Assembly (NCBI GenBank): GCA_900763875.1
Contig: CAAFLX010000021.1
Coordinates: forward strand, 962-64,961
Length of the DNA: 64,000 nt
Direction of reading: 5' to 3'
Origin: Clostridia bacterium
GTDB lineage: Bacteria; Bacillota; Clostridia; Christensenellales; CAG-917
Shown here: piece after piece, positions 63,892-64,000 of the stretch
How the letters are laid out: each line of letters starts with the position of its first letter
How positions within the stretch are numbered: the first letter of the stretch is position 1
Program-made: the position numbers and the translations under genes
The notes under the pieces: generated by a model
Told to the model about the DNA's origin: nothing
The model's database searches: none
Seen by the model: the letters and a program-made list of their open reading frames with translations, nothing else

Positions 63892-64000
63892 ATTTGCACC
63901 TTATTGCGCCGCTCGATTCCTGCAAGCGGCGATATGTGATTTTGAGATAACGCTCAACCTCGGATATTGCAACACCGTATCAACGACGTTTTGCAAATGC

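Noticed and set aside
63892-64000. Possible 3' end of another minus-strand CDS at the right edge. One frame is open from the edge to a TAA at about 63903.
   Set aside because: Only about 33 codons are visible with no recognisable motif, and the region contains a 7-bp hairpin (CGCCGCT...AGCGGCG). It is too little to call.

Overview
This is a 64-kb chromosomal segment that looks Firmicutes/Clostridia-like. The evidence is AGGAGG-type RBSs, TGnTAnAAT extended -10 promoters, and sporulation-linked genes (ylxY-like deacetylase, hemZ-like, yrzE-like). I call 54 protein-coding genes, 47 of them on the minus strand. I found no rRNA, tRNA, CRISPR array, transposase or integrase.

Reading the minus strand from the right edge, the gene order is:
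- ruvC-ruvA-ruvB-queA-tgt-yajC, then a plus-strand YrzE-like gene
- secD-secF-recJ-relA, an MBL hydrolase and a hemZ-like radical SAM gene
- rpsO-pnp, a plus-strand ylxY-like deacetylase, and an M16 peptidase
- ftsK-rimO-pgsA-cinA-recA-rny-efp
- a Crp/Fnr regulator, then ccdA, a tlpA/resA-like gene and trxA
- a self-contained three-gene SipW-type signal peptidase operon
- pepP
- an xpt plus BMP-family nucleoside ABC importer operon
- a galactofuranose glycan locus (glf, GlfT2-like GT2, GT4, DUF4422, TagGH-like ABC-2 exporter, DAGK-fold kinase, priming sugar transferase)
- a uridine-kinase-like gene, then glyQS on the plus strand
- a Cys/Gly-rich micropeptide on the plus strand, and a TspO-like gene
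- an acidic Cys-repeat membrane protein followed by an OmpR/HisKA two-component system
- coaX and a partial hom

Most of the window is conserved housekeeping synteny. The items most worth a second look are:
1. The tapA-sipW-tasA-like operon at 27344-29996. Its peptidase carries a roughly 190-aa unassigned C-terminal domain, and its two substrates share a GGV[YF]A.F.YAQ N-terminal module.
2. A strongly RBS-supported 64-aa Cys/Gly-rich two-repeat hydrophobic micropeptide.
3. A membrane-anchored acidic protein with internal duplication and DGKCD.D.SC repeats, next to the two-component system.
4. Recurrent acidic and/or Cys-rich low-complexity tails or loops on unrelated membrane proteins.
5. A candidate plus-strand structured RNA between efp and the Crp-like gene.
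6. A repeat-flanked structured spacer splitting ruvA from ruvB.

All calls come from reading the sequence and ORF translations by eye. No database search was run.
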